A DNA stretch of 64,000 bases from Oscillospiraceae bacterium (GTDB lineage: Bacteria; Bacillota; Clostridia; Oscillospirales; Oscillospiraceae), in contig JAEDJB010000001.1 of NCBI GenBank assembly GCA_016296565.1, forward strand, positions 252 to 64,251, read 5' to 3'. The translations under genes were made by a program, and so were the position numbers. How positions within the stretch are numbered: the first letter of the stretch is position 1; the number at the start of each line of letters is the position of its first letter. This document shows positions 20,120-31,082 of this stretch, piece after piece. The notes under the pieces are model-generated. The model saw only the letters and a list, made by a program, of their open reading frames with translations, searched no databases and had not been told where the DNA came from.

Positions 20120-20988
20120 CACCGGCCCAGCACCCCGGAGAGGTTCTCCAGCAGCTTGGCTGCCACGTCAGGCCGGTTCATGGTGTACACATGGATGCCC
20201 CGGATGCCGTTGGCCACCAGGTCCACAATCTGCTCGGCGGCATAGACAATGCCCGCCTGCTTCATGGCGTCAGGCCGCTCCCGGAACCGGTCCAGAAGCA
20301 TCCGGAACCGGTAGGGGGGCGTGCTCCCCGACAGGTTCAGGATCTGGGTCATCTGGGCGGCGTTGGTGACGGGCATGATGCCCGCCAGCACCGGCACCTG
20401 GATGCCGATCCGCTGGGCCCGGTACAGGAAGCTGTACAGCACGCTGTTGTCAAAAAACATCTGGGTGGTGAGAAAGTCCACGCCGCAGTCCACCTTCTCC
20501 TTTAAATGGATCAGGTCCTCCTCCTGGCTGCGGCACTCGGTGTGGCCCTCGGGGTAGCAGGCAGCGCCCACGTCAAAGCCCCCGAAGGCCCGGATCTCCT
20601 TAATAAGGTCCGCTGCGTAGCGGTAGTCCCGGGGGGCGGCGGGGTCATAGCCTTGGGGATAGTCTCCCCGCAGGGCCAGAATGTTCTCTACCCCCACGGC
20701 CTTCAGGTTTTCCAGCTCCTGCTGAATCCGGTCCCGGTTGGAGGACACGCAGGTCAGATGGGCCAGGGCGGGAACCCCGTGGCCAGCCTGGACGATGCGG
20801 GCAATCTCCGCCGTGTAGGCGGCGGTTCTGCCCCCGGCGCCGTAGGTCACGCTCATAAAGTCGGGCTTCAGCTCGGCAATCTGCTCGATGGCAAAACGGA
20901 CGGTGTCAAAGTCAGCGTCCTTCTTTGGAGGGAATGCCTCGAAGGAGAGGGTGACCGGTTTTTCATTCCAAAGATGACTCAGTTTCAC
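20119..20988 (-). CDS. metF: Methylenetetrahydrofolate reductase
   Basis: SFEAFPPK, SVTYGAGG, AHLTC, LALRGD, YPEGH, TQMFFD, HVYTMN. Confidence 0.95.
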   Translation of the reverse strand: MKLSHLWNEKPVTLSFEAFPPKKDADFDTVRFAIEQIAELKPDFMSVTYGAGGRTAAYTAEIARIVQAGHGVPALAHLTCVSSNRDRIQQELENLKAVGVENILALRGDYPQGYDPAAPRDYRYAADLIKEIRAFGGFDVGAACYPEGHTECRSQEEDLIHLKEKVDCGVDFLTTQMFFDNSVLYSFLYRAQRIGIQVPVLAGIMPVTNAAQMTQILNLSGSTPPYRFRMLLDRFRERPDAMKQAGIVYAAEQIVDLVANGIRGIHVYTMNRPDVAAKLLENLSGVLGR

Positions 20989-21002
20989 GGGAATTCTCCT
21001 TT

Positions 21003-22556
21003 TTACTCCACGCAGAGTGCGCTTTCCTTCCCTTCCCGGGCGGCCAGCCGGATGCCTGCCACCACAATGGCGCAGACGAACCAGAAGATCAGCATAACCC
21101 GGGGATAGTTCCACAGATAGTCTGCCAGTCCGCAGACCAGGCTCCCGGCCAGGGCAGCAGCGCCGCCGATGATGGCCAGGCGGGTCTGGTGGTGGCAGGC
21201 GGACCGGGCCACGGCCCGGATGCCCTGCTTGATGGTCCAGAGCACGCTGCCCACGAAGGAAATGATGCCGACCAGGCCTGTCTCACACCAAACTTGTAGG
21301 TAAGTGTTGTGGCAGTGGACGAAGTGGTCGTTTCCGTGGAAAAGGTTCAGGTCGCTGATGGCCGAGCGGACGGCATCAGACCCCAGGCCCGCGCCCAGAA
21401 GGGGACGCTGCATGAGAAACTCTCCCGCCGCGTAGTACAGGGGGAAGCGGCTGCTGGTGGAGGAGTCCGACATATTAAACATATTGATCAGCCGGTTGAA
21501 CACCACATCCGGCAGGAAGGGCATGGCCGCCACCACCACCGCAATCACGGCGGGGATCAGCTTCCGCTTCCACAGCAGAAGGAAGACCAACACGGCCACC
21601 CCCAGTCCCAGCCAGCTAGCCCGGGAATAGGTCATAATCATGGCTGCGCAGCCCAGAGCGGCACTGAAAAAGCCCAGGAAGCGGCCGAACCAGCCCTTGC
21701 TGCACAGCATCAGGGCAACGGCCACAGGGATCAGCAGCAGAAGCACCTCGGCAAAGGTGTTGGGGTTTTCATAAAAGGCATAGACCCGGCCGGGCATGTC
21801 CTTGTACAGGGTCATGTCCACATAGGAGGGGTTGATCTGGATGCCGTTGGCCCGCTGATAGAATCCGGAAATGGACATGACTCCCAGGGCCAGGGATGCC
21901 GCGCCCATAAGCCGCACCAGCTGGTCCCGGCGCTCCACGGTGCTGACGATCACCACCACGCAGAGCATACAGGTGACGTGGTACAACAGAAAGCGGGCAG
22001 ACTGGGAGGAGTAGGCGGACAGGGGCCAGGACACCATCACCATGCCGGCAAAGGCCACCAGCCAGGGGCCAACAGCGGCCAGATCCAGCTTCCAGCCCTT
22101 TTTCCGGGTCCCGGCGAAGATGGCCAGGATGAAGCACAAGAGGAACCCGGCCAGGCTGTAGGCATTGTTCCAGTACTTGAAGGGGATCACCATCACCACC
22201 AGCATGAGCCAGGCCACCGCCAGGGGGGTGCTTTCCACAATGCCGAAGGCCAGCTGGGCAAAGAAGCTGCCCTCGAAGGCGGTCCGGCATTTTTCGTAGA
22301 TCAGCTGGAGAATCCGGGTGGGGATGTTCAGCAGGAAGGTGAGCACCCGGCACAGAAGGCTGTCCGGCCAGGCTCTGGTGAGGGTTCCCTCCCGGGCAGC
22401 AAAGCGAAAGAGGGCGCTGCCATCGCACCAGGTCCGGATACCCGCTCCGATCCCCCGGATCAGACGGGCCAGAACACTGGCGTCATACCAGCGGCACAGC
22501 CCGTACCAAAGGGGCGCCAGCCACTGACAGAGAACACTGCTCTGTACGGTTTCCAA
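21003..22556 (-). CDS. O-antigen ligase/polymerase family membrane protein
   Basis: Multi-TM, RVYAFYENPN, TYSRASW, SRFPLY...PLLGAG, HCHNTYLQ...ETGLVG. Confidence 0.87.
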   Translation of the reverse strand: METVQSSVLCQWLAPLWYGLCRWYDASVLARLIRGIGAGIRTWCDGSALFRFAAREGTLTRAWPDSLLCRVLTFLLNIPTRILQLIYEKCRTAFEGSFFAQLAFGIVESTPLAVAWLMLVVMVIPFKYWNNAYSLAGFLLCFILAIFAGTRKKGWKLDLAAVGPWLVAFAGMVMVSWPLSAYSSQSARFLLYHVTCMLCVVVIVSTVERRDQLVRLMGAASLALGVMSISGFYQRANGIQINPSYVDMTLYKDMPGRVYAFYENPNTFAEVLLLLIPVAVALMLCSKGWFGRFLGFFSAALGCAAMIMTYSRASWLGLGVAVLVFLLLWKRKLIPAVIAVVVAAMPFLPDVVFNRLINMFNMSDSSTSSRFPLYYAAGEFLMQRPLLGAGLGSDAVRSAISDLNLFHGNDHFVHCHNTYLQVWCETGLVGIISFVGSVLWTIKQGIRAVARSACHHQTRLAIIGGAAALAGSLVCGLADYLWNYPRVMLIFWFVCAIVVAGIRLAAREGKESALCVE

Positions 22557-22621
22557 ACGCGATCGCTCCTTTCTTGAACGCAGCACGGGGGCGGCACCGC
22601 GCCGTCCCCGTGCTGCGGCAT

Positions 22622-23647
22622 TTATTTGTTCCGATTTTTATACCAATACATCAGGGACAGCAGGAAGAAATGCCCCTTGCACACCAGGTCGGCCACCATC
22701 TGCTTGTTCCGGCCCAGCCCCTGGGGCTGGATGGCCTGGATAGCCCGGGCCATTTCCGGCCGGGCGCAGATGGCCTTTACGTTCCGCCGCTTCTGGGCCA
22801 GGGTTGCGGGGTTTCCCCCGGCAAACTCGTTGCCGATGGCGATGAGCAGCCCGGACCAGTTGGAGTTTTCCCGCCACAGGGGCAGATTTTCCCCCAGGCC
22901 GTGCTTTTCCGCCAGGGCGGTTTTGGCCTGCATGAAGGCCTCGAAGGTCTGCATATAATCGGCCAGGTACCGGCGGGTGACGGAGGCGGGGTTCTGCAGG
23001 TAGTAGTACACCGGCTGGCCGGTCATGGCCAGCTTTTGGGAATAGCAGAAGTATTCCAGCAGGAACAGCTCGTCCTCCAGATAGGCTCCGGCGAAGGTGA
23101 TGTGGTTGTCCCGGATGATGGACCGGGAATAGAGAAACCGCCAGATAAACCCGTTGAGCACCTGATCCGGCTTTCCCATCCGCTCCCCCAGCAGCCGGTC
23201 AATGAGGCCGGTGCGGATCTCCCCGGGACCATAGACCCCAGGGGGCATTGCCCCGGGCTCGGTCTCGCTCTTGCCGTCGGGCTCCACCCGGAAGTGGGAG
23301 CCGCCGGCAGTGTCCGCGCCGTTCTCTTTCAGCGCAGCATACAGCAGGGCCAGCCCGTCCGGGGGCAGCCAGTCGTCGGCGTCGGCAAAGGCGATGTAGC
23401 GCCCCTGGGCCTCTTCCAGCCCCAGGTTCCGGGCGGAGCTTACGCCGCCGTTCTCCTTGTGAAACACCCGCACCCGGGGGTCCTCCCGGGCGATGGCGTC
23501 GCACAGAGCGCCGCTGCCGTCGGGGGAGCCGTCGTCAACCAGCAGCAGCTCCAGGTCGGAAAAGGTCTGGCTCAGAATGGATTCGGTGCACTTTCGCAAA
23601 AAGCTCTCCGCCCGGTACACCGGGACGATCACCGAAATCTCCGGCAT
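22622..23647 (-). CDS. Glycosyltransferase family 2
   Basis: ISVIVPVY, VDDGSPD, NGGVSSARNLG, FADADD. Confidence 0.92.
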   Translation of the reverse strand: MPEISVIVPVYRAESFLRKCTESILSQTFSDLELLLVDDGSPDGSGALCDAIAREDPRVRVFHKENGGVSSARNLGLEEAQGRYIAFADADDWLPPDGLALLYAALKENGADTAGGSHFRVEPDGKSETEPGAMPPGVYGPGEIRTGLIDRLLGERMGKPDQVLNGFIWRFLYSRSIIRDNHITFAGAYLEDELFLLEYFCYSQKLAMTGQPVYYYLQNPASVTRRYLADYMQTFEAFMQAKTALAEKHGLGENLPLWRENSNWSGLLIAIGNEFAGGNPATLAQKRRNVKAICARPEMARAIQAIQPQGLGRNKQMVADLVCKGHFFLLSLMYWYKNRNK

Positions 23648-23660
23648 GGATGCCCCTCCT

Positions 23661-24845
23661 TTATCCGTTGATTGCGGCCTTCAGCTGCTCCACCCGGTCG
23701 GTCTTCTCCCACAGCACGCCCAGGTCCTCGCGGCCCATGTGGCCGTAGGCTGCCAGCTGGCGGTAAATAGGCTTCTGCAGATCCAGATCCCGGATGATGG
23801 CGGTGGGACGCAGGTCGAAGGTCTTGCGGACGGCCTCTTCCAGCACCTCGTCAGAGACAGTGCCGGTGCCGAAGGTCTCCACCAGGATGGACACAGGCTG
23901 GGCAACGCCGATGGCGTAAGCCAGCTGGACCTGGCAGCGCTTGGCAAGGCCGGCGGCCACCACGGTCTTGGCCACCCAGCGGGCGGCATAGGCAGCGGAG
24001 CGGTCCACCTTGGTGGGGTCCTTGCCGGAGAAGGCGCCGCCGCCGTGGGGGGCGGACCCGCCGTAGGTATCCACGATGATCTTCCGTCCGGTGAGGCCGG
24101 TGTCGCCCTGAGGACCGCCGATGACGAAGCGGCCGGTGGGGTTCACATAGATCTTGGTGTTCTCGTCCATCAGCTCCTGGGGAACGGTGGGCTTGATGAC
24201 CAGCTCGATCATATCCTTGCGGATCTGCTCCAGCTCCACCTTGGGGCTGTGCTGGGTGGAGAGCACCACGGTGTCCACCCGGACGGGGACCTTGTTCTCG
24301 TCATACTCCACGGTGACCTGGGTCTTGCCGTCGGGCCGCAGGTAGTCAACCATGCCCTCCTTGCGGACCTGGGTCAGGCGCTTGGCCATCTTGTGGGCCA
24401 GGGAAATGGCCAGGGGCATCAGCTCGGGGGTCTCGTCGCAGGCGTAGCCGAACATCATGCCCTGGTCGCCGGCGCCGTTGTCCAGAGCGCTGTCTCCGCC
24501 TTCCTTGGCTTCCAGGGACTGGTCCACGCCCAGGGCGATGTCGGCGCTCTGCTCGTCAATGTTGGTGATGATCCCGCAGGTCTCGCTGTCGAAGCCATAC
24601 TTGGCCCGGTCGTAGCCGATCTCCCGGATCACCTGGCGGGCGATCTTGGGGATGTCCACATAGCAGTGGGTGCTGATTTCGCCCATGATGTGGATGAGGC
24701 CCGTGGAAGCGGTGGTCTCGCAGGCCACGCGGCCCAGGGGATCTTTTTCCAGGATGGCGTCCAGAACTGCGTCAGAAATCTGATCGCAGATCTTGTCGGG
24801 ATGCCCTTCGGTAACGGATTCAGAAGTAAAAAATCTGTGGCTCAT
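23661..24845 (-). CDS. metK: S-adenosylmethionine synthetase
   Basis: [28 protein letters not shown]. Confidence 0.97.
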   Translation of the reverse strand: MSHRFFTSESVTEGHPDKICDQISDAVLDAILEKDPLGRVACETTASTGLIHIMGEISTHCYVDIPKIARQVIREIGYDRAKYGFDSETCGIITNIDEQSADIALGVDQSLEAKEGGDSALDNGAGDQGMMFGYACDETPELMPLAISLAHKMAKRLTQVRKEGMVDYLRPDGKTQVTVEYDENKVPVRVDTVVLSTQHSPKVELEQIRKDMIELVIKPTVPQELMDENTKIYVNPTGRFVIGGPQGDTGLTGRKIIVDTYGGSAPHGGGAFSGKDPTKVDRSAAYAARWVAKTVVAAGLAKRCQVQLAYAIGVAQPVSILVETFGTGTVSDEVLEEAVRKTFDLRPTAIIRDLDLQKPIYRQLAAYGHMGREDLGVLWEKTDRVEQLKAAING

Positions 24846-24879
24846 TGTAGGTTTCCTCCATATTGATAAATTTCGAGGA

Positions 24880-25006
24880 CTCGCCTCGCAGAGTTTTCCT
24901 GCCGCAGCAGGAAAAATAAATGCAATCATGTTTTCCGGCCTGCAAGCGTGCGGGCCGCAGGCCGCAATCTCCTTCATTTGGAAAAGGCGCTGCCTTTTCC
25001 AAATGC
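24880..25006. repeat. Structured intergenic repeat, copy 1 (REP/MITE-like)
   Basis: Shares CAGAGTTT-hairpin, CAATCAT...TTTTCCGG and CCTTCATTT...AAAGGC.CTGCCTTTTCCAAA blocks with 61143-61350. Confidence 0.65.
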
Positions 25007-26248
<1,242 letters not shown>

Positions 26249-26288
26249 AGTCGTTTCCTTTTTTCCTGTAGACTTGGACACACGCAAC

Positions 26289-26314
26289 AAAAAAAGGCTC
26301 CCGAAGGGAACCTT
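26289..26314 (-). terminator. Expression-platform terminator of SAM riboswitch
   Basis: AAGGTTCCCTTCGGGAGCCTTTTTTT on the minus strand. Confidence 0.8.
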
Positions 26315-26336
26315 GCACGCAGGACTGCGGCGCTCC

Positions 26337-26422
26337 CTTATCGCTGTTAGCGGAACCACCTTTCCCCAAGGGCAGGTTGGTGTGGGGTCATGGAGCTAAC
26401 TCTCTCGCCCACTCTTGATAAT
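26337..26422 (-). ncRNA. SAM-I riboswitch (compact, P4-less variant)
   Basis: Minus strand TTATCAAGAG...ATGA...CCAACC...GGTGG...GATAAG, P1 TTATC/GATAA, pseudoknot GTTAGC/GCTAAC, upstream of ahcY-metK. Confidence 0.87.
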
Positions 26423-26627
26423 GCGCTCCTATTCAATTGCGGATGCCTGAAAATCATTACAGCAGATTATACCCCCTTTTCTCCGAAAAGGCAAGAGAAA
26501 TTTCAGTTTTCCTCACAAGAATTGAAAGAATTGGAATTGTTCACAGTTTAGTGTAGACTTCCTGTCCCAAAGCGGGTAAAATAAAGAAGATTTCTTGTGT
26601 GTCTGCATTTGTATTTTTAAGGAGGTT

Positions 26628-27503
26628 ATGTCTTTGCGTGCCATGCAACAGTGGCTGGATCGTTTCTGCTACAAACACCCGCGCCTGAGTATTCCCGGGC
26701 TTATGAAGTACATTGTCATCGGCAATGTTTTGGTTTATCTGCTGGACATGTTCAGCTTAGGCAGCGGCGGACTGGGGTCCAGCCTGCTGTGCTTCAGTTC
26801 CTCCGCCATTCTCTCCGGACAGATCTGGCGGCTGATCACCTTCGTTTTCGTCCCCTACGGCAGCAGCAATCTGTTTGTCTTTGCCATTAACCTCTACTTT
26901 TACTACTTCATCGGCACCGCCCTGGAGCGGGAGTGGGGGTCCAACAAGTTCACCATCTTCTATTTCTTCGGGGTCATCCTGAACATTCTGGTGGGCTTCC
27001 TGGTGGGCGGCGCGTCCATGTACTATGTGAACATGTCCATGTTCTTCGCCTTCGCCACCCTGTACCCCGACCTGCAGTTCCTGCTCTTCTTCATCATCCC
27101 GGTGAAAGCCAAGTGGCTGGCCTGGATTGACGGGGTGTTCTTCGCCATCTCGGTGATCCGGTATCTCATGGCCGGATACTTCCTGATGGCTCTGGTGCCC
27201 ATTGTGGCCGTGCTCAACTACCTGCTCTTCTTCGCTTCCGATATCGGAAACCTCTTCTCCGGCGTCAAGCGAAAGGCCCAGTGGAAGGCCCAGACCCAGC
27301 GGCGGTCCTCCTACGGCGGACCCAAGGTGGTAAACTTCCACGACGCCAAAACAAAAACCAAGGAAACCTATCTGCACCGGTGCGCCGTCTGCGGCAAGAC
27401 CGACGTGTCCGACCCCCAGATGGAGTTCCGGTACTGCTCCCGGTGCAACGGCTACTACTGCTACTGCGCCGACCATATCAACAGCCATATTCACATTCAG
27501 TAA
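26628..27503 (+). CDS. Rhomboid/derlin-like membrane protein with C-terminal Cys/His zinc finger
   Basis: GQIWRLITF, ALEREWG, PVKAKWL, C-terminal HRCAVC...FRYCSRC...YCADH...HIH. Confidence 0.75.
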   Translation: MSLRAMQQWLDRFCYKHPRLSIPGLMKYIVIGNVLVYLLDMFSLGSGGLGSSLLCFSSSAILSGQIWRLITFVFVPYGSSNLFVFAINLYFYYFIGTALEREWGSNKFTIFYFFGVILNILVGFLVGGASMYYVNMSMFFAFATLYPDLQFLLFFIIPVKAKWLAWIDGVFFAISVIRYLMAGYFLMALVPIVAVLNYLLFFASDIGNLFSGVKRKAQWKAQTQRRSSYGGPKVVNFHDAKTKTKETYLHRCAVCGKTDVSDPQMEFRYCSRCNGYYCYCADHINSHIHIQ

Positions 27504-27529
27504 CGGAAAGGAAAAGGAGGAGAACTCCC

Positions 27530-27922
27530 ATGACCGATCAAGAACTGGTGGAGAAAGCGTTCACCATGCTGGAGAAGGCCTACGTCCCCTACTCCCGCTT
27601 CCCCGTGGGTGCCGCCCTGGAAGGAGCGGACGGGGTGGTCTACACCGGCTGCAACGTGGAAAACTCCGCCTTCGGCTCCTGCATCTGTGCCGAGCGCACC
27701 GCCCTGGTCAAGGCGGTAAGCGAGGGATGCCGGTCCTTCCGCCGCCTGGCAGTGGTGGGCAACAGCACGGACTATTGCTGGCCCTGCGGCTCCTGCCGGC
27801 AGATGCTCTATGAATTCGCCCCCGACCTGGAGGTACTGGTGGCCAACAAGGACCACCAATTCGTCAAATACACCCTGCGCCAGCTGCTTCCCTGCGGCTT
27901 CGGGCCGGAGTCCATGGGATAA
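27530..27922 (+). CDS. cdd: Cytidine deaminase (homotetrameric type)
   Basis: PYSRFPVGAA, GCNVEN, CAER, PCGSCRQ. Confidence 0.95.
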   Translation: MTDQELVEKAFTMLEKAYVPYSRFPVGAALEGADGVVYTGCNVENSAFGSCICAERTALVKAVSEGCRSFRRLAVVGNSTDYCWPCGSCRQMLYEFAPDLEVLVANKDHQFVKYTLRQLLPCGFGPESMG

Positions 27923-27983
27923 CTCCCACCCGAGTCAACGCTGAGTGCTCCACCTTCCCACGCAGCGCCAAGGAGGTGTCTCG

Positions 27984-28610
27984 ATGGAACTGCAAGAATA
28001 TCTGGATCGAATGAACAGTGGTGAGCCTGTCACCGGTGAAGGCGACCTGCATCTCTTTATGCGGGAGATCACCGAGGAGACCATGCGTCTGACCTGCCAG
28101 CTTAACGCCACCTACCACACCCAGGAGGAGGTCTGCGAGATCTTCTCCCAAATTATCGGCAAGCCTGTACCCAAGGGGTTCCGGCTCTTCCCCCCCTTCT
28201 ACACCAACTGCGGCAAGAACATCGTGGTGGGAAAGGGCGTCTTCATCAACACTGGCTGCCACTTCCAGGACCAGGGGGGCATCACCCTGGGAGACGGCAC
28301 CTTCCTGGGCAACAACGTGGTCCTCACCACCATGAACCACGACTTTGACCCGAAAAAACGCCGGACCACCTACCCCGCCCCCATCGTCACCGGGAAGAAC
28401 GTGTGGATCGGCTCCAGCGTCACCGTGGTGCCCGGGGTTCACATCGGCGACGGGGCCATCGTGGCCGCCGGGTCCGTGGTCACCCGGGACGTTCCCCCCA
28501 ACACCATTGTGGCCGGGATCCCCGCCCGGGTGCTCCGGGAGATCCGCCCCGGAGACCGTCCCCGCCAGCGGCTGGACCTGGCAGAGCTGCGGAAAAAGCA
28601 GCAGCCGTAA
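27984..28610 (+). CDS. Sugar O-acetyltransferase (maltose/galactoside, hexapeptide repeat)
   Basis: FPPFYTNCGKNI, NVWIG, IGDGAIVAAGSVVTRDVP. Confidence 0.88.
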   Translation: MELQEYLDRMNSGEPVTGEGDLHLFMREITEETMRLTCQLNATYHTQEEVCEIFSQIIGKPVPKGFRLFPPFYTNCGKNIVVGKGVFINTGCHFQDQGGITLGDGTFLGNNVVLTTMNHDFDPKKRRTTYPAPIVTGKNVWIGSSVTVVPGVHIGDGAIVAAGSVVTRDVPPNTIVAGIPARVLREIRPGDRPRQRLDLAELRKKQQP

Positions 28611-28623
28611 CTGTTATGTACAT

Positions 28624-28664
28624 AAAAGCGCCCCCTGCCCGGCTTGGGCAGGGGGCGCTTTTTG
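28624..28664. terminator. Bidirectional terminator
   Basis: AAAAGCGCCCCCTGCCC...GGGCAGGGGGCGCTTTTT. Confidence 0.75.
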
Positions 28665-28669
28665 CGCCG

Positions 28670-28894
28670 TCAGGCATTGCCTCTGGTGGGTTCGTGGGCC
28701 GGGTCATCCCGGAAAAACAGCGTGATGCACCAGATGGCCGACAGGCACACCAGAATATACACCAGGCGGCTCAGAAAGCTGGCGGAGCCTCCGAACAGGG
28801 CCGCCACCATATCCAGGCCGAAAATCCCGATGCTGCCCCAATTCAGCCCCCCGATGATTATCAGAGCCAGGGCAATTCTGTCGATCACCTTCAT
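28670..28894 (-). CDS. DUF378 (YuzA-like) small membrane protein
   Basis: IIGGLNWG.IGIFG.D.VA.LFG...SR.VYILV. Confidence 0.85.
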   Translation of the reverse strand: MKVIDRIALALIIIGGLNWGSIGIFGLDMVAALFGGSASFLSRLVYILVCLSAIWCITLFFRDDPAHEPTRGNA

Positions 28895-29359
28895 ACAGGA
28901 AACCTCCCGGGATCCTTTTCAGATCCAATGGATTTTCGAAGCCCGGCCGAGGCTTCGCCCCTTCCGGTCTCCGTATGGTAGTATGCACCGGCATCTGGGA
29001 TATTAGTACTGGAAACAATTTCCTTGTTCATCCTCCCCTGGCTCCCACGCAGGGGCAGTCAAGGAGCGCAGCAAAAACGAACGCAGACACTCACAAAAGT
29101 GTGTCTGCTTTTTCGTGGTATACTGTTGGGATATTGAGAAGGCAGCGCAGAGATGGACAAAAAAGGAACACCACATATCGTTGACCACTTTTTCATCTAC
29201 TCATTTCTCTTCAACGCATTTATGGAGGTTCAATAAACTATTACACAAAAAGTTGTATTATTTTGTTTGTATTTCTTGTTATAATGAATGCAGAAATGTC
29301 AAACACACACGAAACCGGTCGCCTTCATGCACACAGAACAACACGAAAGGAGCATCTGT

Positions 29360-30163
29360 ATGGATACCATCATCACCAATTTAACTGGGATGGCCACAGC
29401 CGCAGGCGGTAAGATCGTCCTTGCGCTGCTTGTCCTCATTTTCGGCACCATTCTCATCAAGAGCATCATGAAATTCTTGAAGAGAAGCAAGTTCCTTAAC
29501 AAAGTGGAGGGAACTGTTCGTACCTTCACCCTCAGCTTCTGCAAAGCAGTGCTGTATGTGATCCTCGTGATTTCCATTATCGGCATCATGGGCGTTCCCA
29601 TGGCTTCGGTGGTGGCGGTGCTCGCCTCCGCCGGTGTGGCGGTTGGTCTGGCCCTGCAGGGGGCTTTGGCAAATCTGGCTGGCGGCATCATGCTCATGAT
29701 CTTTAAGCCCTTCCGCCAGGGTGACTTTATCTCCGCTGCTGGTGTCGATGGGGTTGTAAAAGAGGTTACTCTGTTCTATACCATCATCCTGACACCGGAC
29801 AACAAGCGAGTCACCGTGCCCAACGGCAGCCTGATGAACGCAAACATCACGGATTATTCCGCCGAGGAACTTCGTCGCGTCGATCTCAGCTTTGCCTGCA
29901 GCAAAAACGAAGCGCCCGCCAAGGTCCAGGACCTCATGCTCGCAGTGATAAGCAGCACCCCCAATGTTTTGTCCTCGCCTGAGCCTTTCGCACGAATCAG
30001 CGGCGGAAGCAACGAGGCCATGGAATTCACCGTTCGTGCCTGGTGTAAGAGCCAGGATTACTGGGATGTATACTTTACTCTCACCCAGAAAATCACCGAA
30101 GCCATGGCGGAAAACAATATCAAAGCCCCTGCTATCCGCATCACAGCGGAGGCACAAAAATGA
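29360..30163 (+). CDS. mscS: Small-conductance mechanosensitive channel (MscS family)
   Basis: AVGLALQGALANLAGGI, KPFRQGD, VPNGSL, RRVDL. Confidence 0.9.
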   Translation: MDTIITNLTGMATAAGGKIVLALLVLIFGTILIKSIMKFLKRSKFLNKVEGTVRTFTLSFCKAVLYVILVISIIGIMGVPMASVVAVLASAGVAVGLALQGALANLAGGIMLMIFKPFRQGDFISAAGVDGVVKEVTLFYTIILTPDNKRVTVPNGSLMNANITDYSAEELRRVDLSFACSKNEAPAKVQDLMLAVISSTPNVLSSPEPFARISGGSNEAMEFTVRAWCKSQDYWDVYFTLTQKITEAMAENNIKAPAIRITAEAQK

Positions 30164-30437
30164 TAAAGAGGCCCTTTGGATCATTTCCAAAGGGCCTCTT
30201 TCATTAAAATGTCCATGCGTCCCAGTCAACACTCGGCGTCGCACATCAAACTAACCATTGCTCACCTCAGCAAGCAATTAAACTATCTTATCCGGAAATA
30301 GAATCCGTTCTATACTAATCTCCGTCCGGCTGACTCCTTGGACTACAAAAGCCCTGTTCGGTGCAAAACCGAACTGGGCTTTTGTAATTATACTTTTTTC
30401 AGTTTCGGCTTTTTCTAGACAAATACCAGGTGCATTT

Positions 30438-31082
30438 TTACCGGAACAAGGTCCACGGCTCCGTGTCCGGGGGCGGGAGGCGGAAGTCCATCTCCTCCCC
30501 CGTTTCCGGGTGGGTAAAGTGCAGATGGCTGGACCACAGTGCGATCTGCCAGTCCTGAGGGTCGGGGTACTTGCTGTACTTTCGGTCCCCCGCCAGGGGC
30601 ATTCCCCGGGAGGAGAACTGGGCCCGGATCTGGTGGGTCCGGCCGGTCTCCAGGCGGATCTCCACCAGGGAAAAGCCCTGCTTGTTGTCCAGGAGCTTAT
30701 AGTGGAGCACCGCCTGCTGGATGCCCTTGCCGGGGTACTTGGCCACATAGGTCTTGCGGGTTTTTTCGTTGCGGCCCAGCAGGTCAACGAAGGTCCCCTC
30801 ATCATACTGGGGCCGCCAGCGGACCACCGCCTGGTACTCCTTTAAAAACAGGTCCTCCCGGATCTGCCGGGAAAGCTCCGAGGCGGCGGGGCCGGTGAGT
30901 CCGTAGACCATGAGACCGCCCACCACCTGGTCCAGCCGGTGGACCGCCCGGACCTTGGCCTGGGGCTGGCCGATGGCCTGACGGATCAGGTCGGGCATAC
31001 CCCCGGGCTCGTCGGTGGAGAGAACCCGGAAGGGTTTGACGCAGACCACAATGGCCTGGTCCTGATAAATAAGATCAATCAT
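30438..31082 (-). CDS. RluA-family pseudouridine synthase
   Basis: VHRLDQVVGG, ETGRTHQIRAQ, GDRKY. Confidence 0.9.
   Translation of the reverse strand: MIDLIYQDQAIVVCVKPFRVLSTDEPGGMPDLIRQAIGQPQAKVRAVHRLDQVVGGLMVYGLTGPAASELSRQIREDLFLKEYQAVVRWRPQYDEGTFVDLLGRNEKTRKTYVAKYPGKGIQQAVLHYKLLDNKQGFSLVEIRLETGRTHQIRAQFSSRGMPLAGDRKYSKYPDPQDWQIALWSSHLHFTHPETGEEMDFRLPPPDTEPWTLFR

Noticed and set aside
28979..29005. Sporulation sigma-type promoter (CATACTA) upstream of DUF378 gene
   Set aside because: Plausible but too short and degenerate to call from sequence alone.
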